A stretch of 31,615 bases of DNA from a virus (lineage: Duplodnaviria > Caudoviricetes). The position numbers and the translations under genes were made by a program. Below the pieces are notes generated by a model. The model had not been told where the DNA came from. It made no database searches and saw nothing but the letters and a program-made list of their open reading frames with translations. The stretch is from positions 1 through 31,615 of IMG/VR virus record IMGVR_UViG_3300027697_000053. One strand, 5' to 3'. Of this stretch, positions 17,923 to 25,142 are shown in pieces; the first letter of the stretch is position 1; each line of letters starts with the position of its first letter.

Positions 17923-19797
17923 TCAGATCTCACACGATCCCGCGCTACATGCTAGCTGTTGCGCGCCCTCGACGTTGTCTGTGACTTCTTTGAACTCGTT
18001 CCAGTTGATCGTTGGGACCTTGGCTTTGAGCTCGTTGTACTCTTCTTCGGTGCACTCTTCGTACGGGGCTTGGCGGTAGGTGCCGCCGTCGTACGGGAGG
18101 TACGAGACCCCTGAGATTTCGCTGAAGTTTTCCCAGGTCCACGCGCCGACTGTTGGCCAGTCTTTTTCTTCGACGGAGATCGTGACGCTAGGTTTATGCT
18201 CACACCAGTGTCGTTGGAATGTAAGCCAAAGGGCGAGATGATCCATTGGTGTGACGTCGGATCTTGTAATTCCTGCTGGGGCTTTTTGTGGAAAACTGAA
18301 CACAATCGTCTGATCAGGTTTGTAAACACATGGCTCATTGGGGATCCCTTGTTGAATTAAGAACTGTGTAAGAGGGTCTTTTTTATCGCCTCTAACTCTG
18401 CGGATATAGAACTTACTATGTCTTGGGTGTATTCCAGATGCGCTATCAACAAGCTGGCTGACGGTTCCGGATGGTTTAACGCAAGTGATCGCAGCACTCT
18501 TAGGTATTCCGAGCAGAGCTGCGTATTCCTCATTGGCTCTTCGAGCCTCCTCTCGAAGTCGTGATAGTAACTCATTTAATTTATCTCCCTGTGTTGTTAG
18601 TAGAGGGTTGTCGTAAATGCCTGTAAGCGACACTCCCAACAATCTCTCTTCCTCGGTGTTACGTTGCCACACTTTGCGCAGATACGGAAACTTTGTAAAA
18701 GTGGCCTGGATTGTGCCAAGAATCGAAGCGATTCGTACCTTTCTAAGAAGCGTTTCCTCAGTGTCGTCATGTCTTACCACTGCCTCCGTAAGGTTACAAA
18801 ATTGGTAGGGCCGAAGAATAATTTCTGAGCAGGGGTTAGTTCCGAACTCAAAGTTAGGATCACGGTGTCCATACTTAGCAACGGTATTCTTGGCAGCCTC
18901 ACGGTTAAATATGCCACGCTCTCCGCTGTGTGAATTGTATAGAGATAGCCACTCTTCCATAAACTTTCCAACGGTAGGAGTCTCATTATACACCGCGCTA
19001 TTATTGGCGAGCGCACGGTGAGGTGCAGTCTCCCACCAGGGTCCAGCTTTAGCATGACGGATCCTTTCATCGTCAAGGTCAGATAACGAGATCATTGCCG
19101 AGCGACGCACGCCACCCACGACAACTACCTCACCAATTTTACACATCAGGTCGTGGCACTCTAACGAATGTAGACGACGTCCGGCTGCGTGCTTAAACGT
19201 GTTGACCGCAAACTTAAACAGGTCGACTAATGGTTCCGGCCCTGAAGCTCTTCCGCCAAATGTTTTGAGTCTTGCTCCGGCAGGTCGGATGGAAGAGACG
19301 TCCCACTTAGGGATCTCGCCTGCGTAGAGATGTGCAATGAGCAGGCGGAGTGATTTTGCCCATCCTTCTTTGGAGTCGTGGACGACGATGGTGTGCTCGG
19401 AGTCAAATAGTTTTTCAGGCACTTCTGGCAGATTGGATATGTACTTAGCCTCCACCGAAAATCCGACTCCTGTACCGCAGAGCAATATGAACATTGCCTC
19501 ATCGAACGACTTGGGGTCATCCACCGGGAGATACGAGCAATTATAGACACAGGTGTTATCACGATCAGCACTCTTTCCTGCCGTCATCATGGCGCGCATG
19601 GACGGCATCAAATCTAGGTTATGGATAGCATCAAAAATTTCATTTCGTAATTCTGTCTTATCTTTTATCGCCGGTGTTCTACTAAAAATATAGTCTACGT
19701 AGCGATCTACTGTCTCCGCCCAGGTCTCTCGGCGTTGCTTGTCATCTTGAAAGCGGGCGTATCTACTGGCGGCAATGTATTCTTGGTACTGATCCAT
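17923..19797 (-). CDS. nrdJ: Class II (adenosylcobalamin-dependent) ribonucleotide reductase, monomeric RTPR type
   Basis: MPSMR, YNCSY, GTGVGF, GGVRRSA, TNPCSEI, TCVKPSGTVS, C-terminal CSAGSC; no beta-subunit gene adjacent. Confidence 0.92.
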   Translation of the reverse strand: MDQYQEYIAASRYARFQDDKQRRETWAETVDRYVDYIFSRTPAIKDKTELRNEIFDAIHNLDLMPSMRAMMTAGKSADRDNTCVYNCSYLPVDDPKSFDEAMFILLCGTGVGFSVEAKYISNLPEVPEKLFDSEHTIVVHDSKEGWAKSLRLLIAHLYAGEIPKWDVSSIRPAGARLKTFGGRASGPEPLVDLFKFAVNTFKHAAGRRLHSLECHDLMCKIGEVVVVGGVRRSAMISLSDLDDERIRHAKAGPWWETAPHRALANNSAVYNETPTVGKFMEEWLSLYNSHSGERGIFNREAAKNTVAKYGHRDPNFEFGTNPCSEIILRPYQFCNLTEAVVRHDDTEETLLRKVRIASILGTIQATFTKFPYLRKVWQRNTEEERLLGVSLTGIYDNPLLTTQGDKLNELLSRLREEARRANEEYAALLGIPKSAAITCVKPSGTVSQLVDSASGIHPRHSKFYIRRVRGDKKDPLTQFLIQQGIPNEPCVYKPDQTIVFSFPQKAPAGITRSDVTPMDHLALWLTFQRHWCEHKPSVTISVEEKDWPTVGAWTWENFSEISGVSYLPYDGGTYRQAPYEECTEEEYNELKAKVPTINWNEFKEVTDNVEGAQQLACSAGSCEI

Positions 19798-19827
19798 TTA
19801 TTGTTCTCTATGTTGTATGGGTTGATG

Positions 19828-19863
19828 AAAAAGGGAGGCCGCAGTTTCTACGGGCACTCCCTT
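19828..19863 (-). terminator. Terminator-like hairpin between SSB and RNR
   Basis: AAGGGAG..CCGTAG-AAA-CTGCGG.CTCCCTT followed by TTT on the - strand. Confidence 0.6.
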
Positions 19864-19878
19864 GCACTACTAAACTAC

Positions 19879-20400
19879 TTAAACTGCGAAGTCGGCTGCT
19901 GCTGTTGTGCTGCCACCTAACTTCTCGCCGTCCTCTAACTTCTGGACGTTGTTCAAGCCACATGCGATGCCCTTAGATCCCTGAGCATTGTATGGGTAGA
20001 ACGTGATTGATGCGCGACCATAGCACCCGCTATAGAACTCACTTGTGTCAATGATCGGGTTAAGATCTTGATCTACAACGCCCGGCTTTTGTGCCGAGTT
20101 TGCATTGATAAAGTAGCTGTTAGCGTATGCTGGGTCGTCTTTCTCCGCGTCGCCATCACGCAGGCCACCCTTTAAGTTCTTGGGTACCGCGCCACCGAAG
20201 TATGCAGACGCCGCGGCCTTGGTCTCTTCAAATGCTTTTTGGAGACGTGCGATGGTGTCCTTGTCAGACTTGGGGATGATGATTGATACGGAGTACTTCG
20301 GTGTGCCACCCTCGATTGAGGAGGCGGGTTGGAATACGTTCGCATAAGAAAAACGAACTTTACCGGTTACAACTTTTACTTTAGTAGTGGCTTGTGCCAT
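19879..20400 (-). CDS. DUF2815-family single-stranded DNA-binding protein
   Basis: VRFSYANVF.P, KYSVSIIIPK.D, LRDGD, YSGCYGRAS, GIACGLNNVQK..DGE.LGG, terminal DF. Confidence 0.9.
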   Translation of the reverse strand: MAQATTKVKVVTGKVRFSYANVFQPASSIEGGTPKYSVSIIIPKSDKDTIARLQKAFEETKAAASAYFGGAVPKNLKGGLRDGDAEKDDPAYANSYFINANSAQKPGVVDQDLNPIIDTSEFYSGCYGRASITFYPYNAQGSKGIACGLNNVQKLEDGEKLGGSTTAAADFAV

Positions 20401-20467
20401 GTTGATTCCTTTATAACTGTAGAACTGGACTTCAATAGGGGCCAGTTCGTCTACCCTCTGCTAAATA

Positions 20468-20479
20468 TACTAATGCAAA
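20468..20479 (-). promoter_or_regulatory. TTTGCATTAGTA motif, copy 5
   Basis: Exact 12-mer, 67 nt upstream of the SSB ATG. Confidence 0.8.
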
Positions 20480-20604
20480 CTTATTCACTTATGTTTTTCA
20501 CAATACGATAATCCCAATATTGCAACCGTCTTTTATAATAATCCGCAAGTGTTTGCTCTTGGGTCTCTTGTATTTTTGACAGCTCTTCTTGTGATAACTT
20601 CTCT

Positions 20605-20862
20605 TCATGCGTCGTAGAATATCCCATGTTTCTCCATCGCCTTCTTCATTGCCATTGCCTGGATAAAATCAACTAAGTACTCTGGCTCGTGTAGCATCTC
20701 GGGATCTTCTGCCACCACGTCAAATATATTACCGATTGAGTCGCGGAGCATATTGACCTCATGCCTAAGACCACGTCCAGATAATCCATCAAAGTCTTTA
20801 ATGTACTTATCAATCATTAGGTCCGGGATATCAAACTCCGCACCGTAAAATTTTTCCTTCAT
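20605..20862 (-). CDS. Hypothetical protein, 85 aa (MKEKFYGAEF...)
   Basis: Start moved to ATG 20862, directly after the upstream stop. Confidence 0.65.
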   Translation of the reverse strand: MKEKFYGAEFDIPDLMIDKYIKDFDGLSGRGLRHEVNMLRDSIGNIFDVVAEDPEMLHEPEYLVDFIQAMAMKKAMEKHGIFYDA

Positions 20863-20863
20863 A

Positions 20864-21007
20864 TTATTTTGCGACCAATACGAGCCCCGCGTTGCCAATT
20901 GCGTAACCTATAAACATGATGCCCGTACCAACGCCGCCCTTCATAAATTGATCAATTGCCACGATAAAATACACGAGGCCCATCGCTGCTATTAGCCAGG
21001 TGCTCAT
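20864..21007 (-). CDS. Small two-TM membrane protein, 47 aa (MSTWLIAAMGLVYFIVAIDQF...)
   Basis: Hand-translated; ATGA overlap with the DUF2800 stop; two hydrophobic segments. Confidence 0.7.
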   Translation of the reverse strand: MSTWLIAAMGLVYFIVAIDQFMKGGVGTGIMFIGYAIGNAGLVLVAK

Positions 21008-22137
21008 TTAAAGTCCTCCGTCGCGGTCTCTTGGACGCGGACCAGTTTGGGTGAGCCCTCTGGTCGCTGGACTAGCTCCCCCAACCACGCCACAACCTGG
21101 CCCTTTGGTCTTAGCTTCTCTAGTGTCGCGATTGACTTGAGCTTTGGTGACTCCCAGAGCTGTTCTTCTGGCACGCCCTTTTCTTTTAATACCTCAACCG
21201 CTAGTAGCTGGTCGGTGATTTTGCGGTGCGTTACCGTGGTCGATAACTTAAAGCCAGTCGGTAGCTTGTTCTCGTTGACTGCCTTATCGAGCGCGTACTC
21301 TTCAACGTCCGCTACCCAGGTCCGTAGGTCCTGCGCCTTGGCTAGCACGTTGGCTAGTTCCTCGTCATCTAGCAGTGGCGGATCTTTAAACTCCTGCTTG
21401 GCTAGCTCTGTATTGAAATCAGAGCGGGCGCGGCACTGTGCCTTTGCACGACAGAATTGACAGTGGTCGCCTGGAATAAACTCACCAGACCCGCTCCATG
21501 CCTTCTTAGCCTTGGGCTTTACAAAGTAATTTGCCCAGTCTACGAGTTTATTAACGGTGGTGCCGTCAGTACTGATACTGTCCAGGCGAGGCTGGTGGAT
21601 CGTGTAGGATACCTCTTTGATGTCCGGATACTCTTCTTTAAACTTGGCATAAGCACCCAGCGCATATAGTCGTAGCTGGGTGTTATCGATCGCTGAGACA
21701 GGCACACCCTTTCCAAACTTGAGGTCGATGACGCGAATGGTGTGCTTAGAAAGTATAACCACATCGGCCGTGCCAAATCCATCAGGCACCCAGTCGCTAA
21801 AGTCCACACGTTGCTCAAAGAGCGGGGTATCACCCTCACCGATCTGGCTACGCACATATAGAACGTAATTATCGACGTTAGCCTCGAAATCGTCGTTGTA
21901 GTAGGGTGTGCTTTTAACTGCGCTGTATTCTGTTTCATATTCCTCGGTTCCAATTTGTTGAAAATGCTGGCGTAGCTTTATCTCAGCTAGTGTGTGGGCA
22001 GTGGTGCCCTCCTGGCTAAAGTCAAATGCGTCTGAGTTTTTCTTTGGTTCGGGGAGTGTTGCCTCTAGCCTTGCGCTTGGCGTACATGTTAGCCATCGCT
22101 TAGATCCCGAGGCGCTTAAAAGAGCGTGTGCGGTCAT
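21004..22137 (-). CDS. DUF2800-family PD-(D/E)XK (Cas4-like) exonuclease
   Basis: HALLSAS..RWL.C, EGT.AH, GFGTAD, IDLKFGKG, QLRLYALG, HCQFCRAK..C. Confidence 0.9.
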   Translation of the reverse strand: MTAHALLSASGSKRWLTCTPSARLEATLPEPKKNSDAFDFSQEGTTAHTLAEIKLRQHFQQIGTEEYETEYSAVKSTPYYNDDFEANVDNYVLYVRSQIGEGDTPLFEQRVDFSDWVPDGFGTADVVILSKHTIRVIDLKFGKGVPVSAIDNTQLRLYALGAYAKFKEEYPDIKEVSYTIHQPRLDSISTDGTTVNKLVDWANYFVKPKAKKAWSGSGEFIPGDHCQFCRAKAQCRARSDFNTELAKQEFKDPPLLDDEELANVLAKAQDLRTWVADVEEYALDKAVNENKLPTGFKLSTTVTHRKITDQLLAVEVLKEKGVPEEQLWESPKLKSIATLEKLRPKGQVVAWLGELVQRPEGSPKLVRVQETATEDFK

Positions 22138-22168
22138 CTTATTCTTTCAATTCTGTTTTGGGTATATA

Positions 22169-22180
22169 TACTAATGCAAA
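22169..22180 (-). promoter_or_regulatory. TTTGCATTAGTA motif, copy 6
   Basis: Exact 12-mer, 31 nt upstream of the DUF2800 ATG. Confidence 0.8.
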
Positions 22181-22206
22181 AATAAAGGCCCCGTAGGGCC
22201 TTTTTT
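22178..22206 (-). terminator. Intrinsic terminator (probably bidirectional)
   Basis: AAAGGCCC-TACG-GGGCCTTT followed by ATTTTT on the - strand; T6 on the + strand. Confidence 0.8.
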
Positions 22207-22231
22207 GGTAAAAACTGGAACTTTATTTTTC

Positions 22232-22621
22232 TTAGGACTTTAGGGCGGAAATCAAATCTGCTATCTCTTTATTAAAGTCGATCTTTGCCTCGATCTTCGC
22301 CTCTATTTTAGTGTCCCGCGTCTCTCGGTAGTCCTGCTGGAACTGGCCACGTAAGGCAATCTCGGCCAGCCGGCTGTTGTATGCCTTGTTGTCAACGTTT
22401 GCCAGTAGCTCACGCTCCCAGTACGCCTGTGCGTGGACCAGGGATAGGTCCAGGGCCTCGGCAAACTCTGGGTACTTCTTCTTCCAAGTCTCCGCGGTGC
22501 CCTTTGAAATGCTTAGGTCGGACCAGATCATTTTTTGGGACGCGCCCAGCTTACCCAGCTCGATCATGCGATCGCACATAGCCGGATCGTATTTGGACGG
22601 GTTTGCTTTTTTAGTTGCCAT
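22232..22621 (-). CDS. Terminase small subunit-like HTH DNA-binding protein
   Basis: PSKYDP..C..MIE...G.S...I...L.IS..T...W...YPEF.EA pattern of TerS-like proteins. Confidence 0.6.
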   Translation of the reverse strand: MATKKANPSKYDPAMCDRMIELGKLGASQKMIWSDLSISKGTAETWKKKYPEFAEALDLSLVHAQAYWERELLANVDNKAYNSRLAEIALRGQFQQDYRETRDTKIEAKIEAKIDFNKEIADLISALKS

Positions 22622-22770
22622 TATTTTTTAGCTGTCTTTGCAGAATCTTTAAATGCCTTGGATGTGGGCGCGCCAGGATCACCAGGCTTGCGCATCTTCT
22701 CGCCGCTTCCAGCCTTGATACGTTCACGCTTTTTTTGGATGTTGGCATAGAGGCCAGGTTTAGCTGCCAT
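22621..22770 (-). CDS. Small basic phage protein, 49 aa (MAAKPGLYANIQKKRERIKAGSGEKMRKPGDPGAPT...)
   Basis: Hand-translated; TAATG coupling to the next gene; resembles a recurrent small basic protein of aquatic phages (from recall). Confidence 0.8.
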   Translation of the reverse strand: MAAKPGLYANIQKKRERIKAGSGEKMRKPGDPGAPTSKAFKDSAKTAKK

Positions 22771-22873
22771 AAAATATCCCATAAGTTATGCACCACAGCT
22801 CCAAACATAACTTATAGGTTATGAATATTGCCACTGGCACGGTTGTGAAATAGAAAATGTCTTTTGTTGTCAT
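22760..22873 (-). CDS. Possible 37-aa hydrophobic peptide (MTTKDIFYFTTVPVAIFITYKLCLELWCITYGIFYGS)
   Basis: ATG 5 nt after the CCA of the ncRNA; overlaps the next start; no clear RBS. Confidence 0.45.
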   Translation of the reverse strand: MTTKDIFYFTTVPVAIFITYKLCLELWCITYGIFYGS

Positions 22874-22878
22874 GTGTT

Positions 22879-22959
22879 TGGTGGAGTAGCACGGTACTGC
22901 CCCGTGGTCCGCTGGGTTGCATATTAGCCTTGGCCCCTCGTCGAAACTATACCTACCCC
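22879..22959 (-). ncRNA. Minimal tmRNA-like RNA (tRNA-like domain only, 81 nt)
   Basis: GGGGUAG GUAUAGUUUCGA CGAGGG GCCAAGGCUAAUAUGCAA CCCAGCG GAC CACGG GGCAGUA CCGUG CUACUCC ACCA. 7-bp acceptor stem with G3:U70, A73, encoded CCA, 5-bp T stem with 7-nt loop, stemless D-loop ending in UUCGAC. Confidence 0.8.
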
Positions 22960-22964
22960 ATTGT

Positions 22965-23010
22965 AAAAAAGTCGCGACTTTTTTGTAAACTGGTTCAAAA
23001 AAGTCGCAAC
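22965..23010. repeat. 20-bp perfect palindrome AAAAAAGTCGCGACTTTTTT (22965-22984) plus extra half copy (22997-23007); 15-bp hairpin + U6 on the - strand
   Basis: Read directly from the sequence. Confidence 0.85.
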
Positions 23011-23015
23011 CGATA

Positions 23016-23273
23016 CTAAAATACTGCCGTGATGCGGTTAAAGCGCTTAACGCCGTCAACCAATTGCGACTCGATCGTGGTGCTGATGAACTTGTTCATC
23101 TCGATCGCGTTGTCAATGATCTCGTGCATGCTGGGGAATTGTGGCGCCTTCTCGAGCAGTTTTTTACCTGCCTCGTCTGCCACTTCCCATGCCTTTAACT
23201 GGGCGTTGTACTGCTCGGTTAAAAACTCCTTGGAGGTCTTGAGTAAGTCATAGCGTAATTCAAATGGATTCAT
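23016..23273 (-). CDS. Conserved-looking phage hypothetical protein, 85 aa
   Basis: CAGGAG RBS; NPFELR.DLLK...P.FP...EII..A.....F pattern. Confidence 0.8.
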   Translation of the reverse strand: MNPFELRYDLLKTSKEFLTEQYNAQLKAWEVADEAGKKLLEKAPQFPSMHEIIDNAIEMNKFISTTIESQLVDGVKRFNRITAVF

Positions 23274-23346
23274 TGTAAATCTCCTGTGTTTGTGTATGTA
23301 AAATAAGGCGTTCGGGTGTCTCCCGACAGCTTACTAGCCCTATATC

Positions 23347-23358
23347 TACTAATGCAAA
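23347..23358 (-). promoter_or_regulatory. TTTGCATTAGTA motif, copy 7
   Basis: Exact 12-mer, 73 nt upstream of the ATG at 23273; extended identity (ATTTTGCATTAGTAGATATAG) with copy 2. Confidence 0.8.
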
Positions 23359-23360
23359 AT

Positions 23361-23573
23361 CTACTTCTTTTCCGCCCCATCTGGGTTAATTAATAGCCTG
23401 TCACGCTCTGCAGCGCGAGCTTTGGCCTCCTTAATTGACTCGTTGATGATTAGGCGGGTCACTGCCCCGGCCATCTCCTGGATCTGCTTCTCCTTGGCCG
23501 CTTCTTTGTCCTCCAGTGCCTTGTCTATATCGTTACGGATACCGGCACGGTCCAACAAATCTTTAAGTTTCAT
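23361..23573 (-). CDS. Hypothetical coiled-coil protein, 70 aa (MKLKDLLDRAG...)
   Basis: Start moved to ATG 23573; tight packing with the upstream ORF. Confidence 0.6.
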   Translation of the reverse strand: MKLKDLLDRAGIRNDIDKALEDKEAAKEKQIQEMAGAVTRLIINESIKEAKARAAERDRLLINPDGAEKK

Positions 23574-23769
23574 CTTTTTGCGCCTTCTCAACGGCCTCGA
23601 GACTTGCCTTTGCGTGCTCAACCTGCGGGCCCGCCTGTGCCTGGATCTCGTTAATAAAACCCACCACCTGGATAAATGGCGACTGCGCTAACACATTTAA
23701 CAGCGCGTTAATATCTTTTACAGAAAACTCAAGCGTTACGTTAAAGTCATCTAATAGTTCCTTCTTCAC
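23563..23769 (-). CDS. Hypothetical protein, 68 aa
   Basis: GTGA overlap with the upstream ORF; AAGG RBS. Confidence 0.7.
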   Translation of the reverse strand: MKKELLDDFNVTLEFSVKDINALLNVLAQSPFIQVVGFINEIQAQAGPQVEHAKASLEAVEKAQKDET

Positions 23770-24059
23770 TTTTTACCTTTCTTTATTTTAAGTTCTACGT
23801 CTACATCCGGCTTATATTTAGCTAGCTGTACAAAGTGCCCGTTGTGTACCATCTGCTCGAATCCATCCCACAGCCGTTGGTTCTGAAGTTTTGCGGCGTA
23901 CTTGATCCCGCTGATATAGTTATATACTTCGTCTTCGGTCATATATTCGGGTTTATCTAAATACTGCCGTAAGAACTCGTCTAGGTAGTCCTCTACCTGG
24001 GCGCACTTAATGATGTCTTGCTCCAACTCAAACCGATCATACTCGCTCCATAGGTTCAT
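23766..24059 (-). CDS. Hypothetical protein, 97 aa
   Basis: ATGA overlap; DRFELEQDI motif. Confidence 0.7.
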   Translation of the reverse strand: MNLWSEYDRFELEQDIIKCAQVEDYLDEFLRQYLDKPEYMTEDEVYNYISGIKYAAKLQNQRLWDGFEQMVHNGHFVQLAKYKPDVDVELKIKKGKK

Positions 24060-24298
24060 TTCTTTTTCTTCCGTTTCTTTTTGTCAAAGTCATATACATA
24101 CCACTCGCCGACGGCCTCAATGCTTTCTAACACGCGCTCAAAATGTTCTAGGTCTTCTTTTTCAAAATCTTTTAGTTTCTTCTTAGACTTTAAAACCTTT
24201 ATGTTGTCAGTTAGCGAGTGATACGTGTCTAGTAGGTGTGCCTCCATAATTGCGTCGGCGGTTTCCCAGTCTACCGTAATAGTTAATCCTTGGATCAT
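24056..24298 (-). CDS. Hypothetical protein, 80 aa (MIQGLTITVDWETAD...)
   Basis: Start moved to ATG 24298 (ATGA overlap). Confidence 0.65.
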   Translation of the reverse strand: MIQGLTITVDWETADAIMEAHLLDTYHSLTDNIKVLKSKKKLKDFEKEDLEHFERVLESIEAVGEWYVYDFDKKKRKKKK

Positions 24299-24453
24299 AA
24301 AAAGGTCCCCATCAATGTTAGTGTCGCGCCAAGTGTGATAATGCAATTGATAACTAATCGTTTCCAGGGTGCGCAGTCTGGCTTAAAACTATCCGCCACG
24401 CTGTATGCCAATATGCCCGTAATCATTAGTGCCACGCCAATACCTGTCATCAT
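24295..24453 (-). CDS. Small two-TM membrane protein, 52 aa (MMTGIGVALMITGILAYSV...)
   Basis: Hand-translated; ATGA overlaps on both sides. Confidence 0.6.
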   Translation of the reverse strand: MMTGIGVALMITGILAYSVADSFKPDCAPWKRLVINCIITLGATLTLMGTFL

Positions 24454-24653
24454 TTCATTCTCCGTTCAATTTCTCTGTCAATGTACCACCGTGCCTTACG
24501 TAGATCCTCAACTGCGTCATTCTTAAGGTCGGCGCGCCAAATGTATTTCACTGCGTTACCCAAACAAAAGCCCATGTGCTCGGTGATCTGTATACACTCT
24601 ACACCACTGGGATGCGCTGTGTAGTGCTTAGGCTTGTTTACTGGATCGTTCAC
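24450..24653 (-). CDS. DUF3310 (T7 gp1.7-like nucleotide kinase family) protein
   Basis: DPVN.P.HY...G.ECI, FCLGNAVKYIWRA..K...EDL.KA.WY. Confidence 0.85.
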   Translation of the reverse strand: MNDPVNKPKHYTAHPSGVECIQITEHMGFCLGNAVKYIWRADLKNDAVEDLRKARWYIDREIERRMK

Positions 24654-24828
24654 GTCTCATCTCCCTTAGGTGTGTTTGCATCGTAGTTACCTCGTCCATT
24701 GTCTCGCACTGCCAGACTCCCATCAACTTCTCAAATCTGCTGTGGCTCAGGTCAATGTCTTCGACGCCCATTAGCGTCTCCATCATGTACTTGTCCTTGT
24801 ATAAATACTCTACAATAAAGTGGCTCAT
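24628..24828 (-). CDS. Hypothetical protein, 66 aa
   Basis: ATGA overlap with the upstream ORF; AAGGA RBS. Confidence 0.6.
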   Translation of the reverse strand: MSHFIVEYLYKDKYMMETLMGVEDIDLSHSRFEKLMGVWQCETMDEVTTMQTHLREMRRERSSKQA

Positions 24829-25136
24829 AGCTTTAGTTCCTTCCTGATAAGTTCGATGCCCTTAGCAAAATGATAGCGCCAGTATTTCTCTGTCACACAT
24901 ACGTCTGTGTAACTTAGCCCATCTAAAAATGACTCGATAATAAACTGTTGCTTGGGTGGCAACTTATCTGAGATCAGTCGACGTATGTCTGAGATATCCT
25001 CGGGGTCCCAGGGTAGCCACCCCTCGATGATGTTTGAGGAAATGCCTTCGCTCTCGTCTTGCTCGATTGGGTCCGGGTCCTCATCGCTGAGTCGCGGGGC
25101 TGTTGCGCTAATTTTGTATATTGTGATTTTCTTCAT
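24825..25136 (-). CDS. Putative transcription factor with sigma-70 region 4-like C-terminal HTH
   Basis: LPPKQQFIIESFLDGLSYTDV..TEKYWRYHFAKGIELIRKEL resembles the LP.rqr.v......GLSY.EI....v......a...LR..L pattern, but shortened. Confidence 0.55.
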   Translation of the reverse strand: MKKITIYKISATAPRLSDEDPDPIEQDESEGISSNIIEGWLPWDPEDISDIRRLISDKLPPKQQFIIESFLDGLSYTDVCVTEKYWRYHFAKGIELIRKELKL

Positions 25137-25142
25137 ACGTAA

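Noticed and set aside
17868-17925. TGA stop of RNR followed by a long hairpin (SECIS-like readthrough)
   Set aside because: The protein already ends with the normal C-terminal Cys pair, and readthrough adds only about 10 unremarkable residues; more likely a 3' stability hairpin.
19800-19878. Cobalamin riboswitch upstream of the B12-dependent RNR
   Set aside because: The gap is only about 80 nt, holds a single hairpin and has no B12-box.
20498-20608. 36-aa basic ORF (MKRSYHKKSC...) on the - strand
   Set aside because: ATGA coupling is suggestive, but there is no recognisable motif and it overlaps regulatory sequence; support is insufficient.
22879-22959. Ordinary tRNA-Ala, or an attP copy of a host tmRNA 3' end
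   Set aside because: No D stem, no canonical anticodon arm and no TTC T-loop. An attP would normally keep only one end, whereas both ends are present and pair fully; no integrase is in the window.
22997-23030. + strand AAAAAAGTC-GCA-ACC-GAT resembles the E. coli tmRNA resume region (possible missing tag ORF)
   Set aside because: It is on the opposite strand to the TLD, the peptide (ATDTKILP*) lacks the terminal AA tag, and the match is explained by the hairpin repeat. Antisense pairing to host tmRNA cannot be assessed without the host sequence.
22760-23059. 99-aa ORF-track ORF spanning the ncRNA
   Set aside because: Non-ATG start inside the upstream gene, runs through the palindrome and RNA; only the last 37 codons are plausible.
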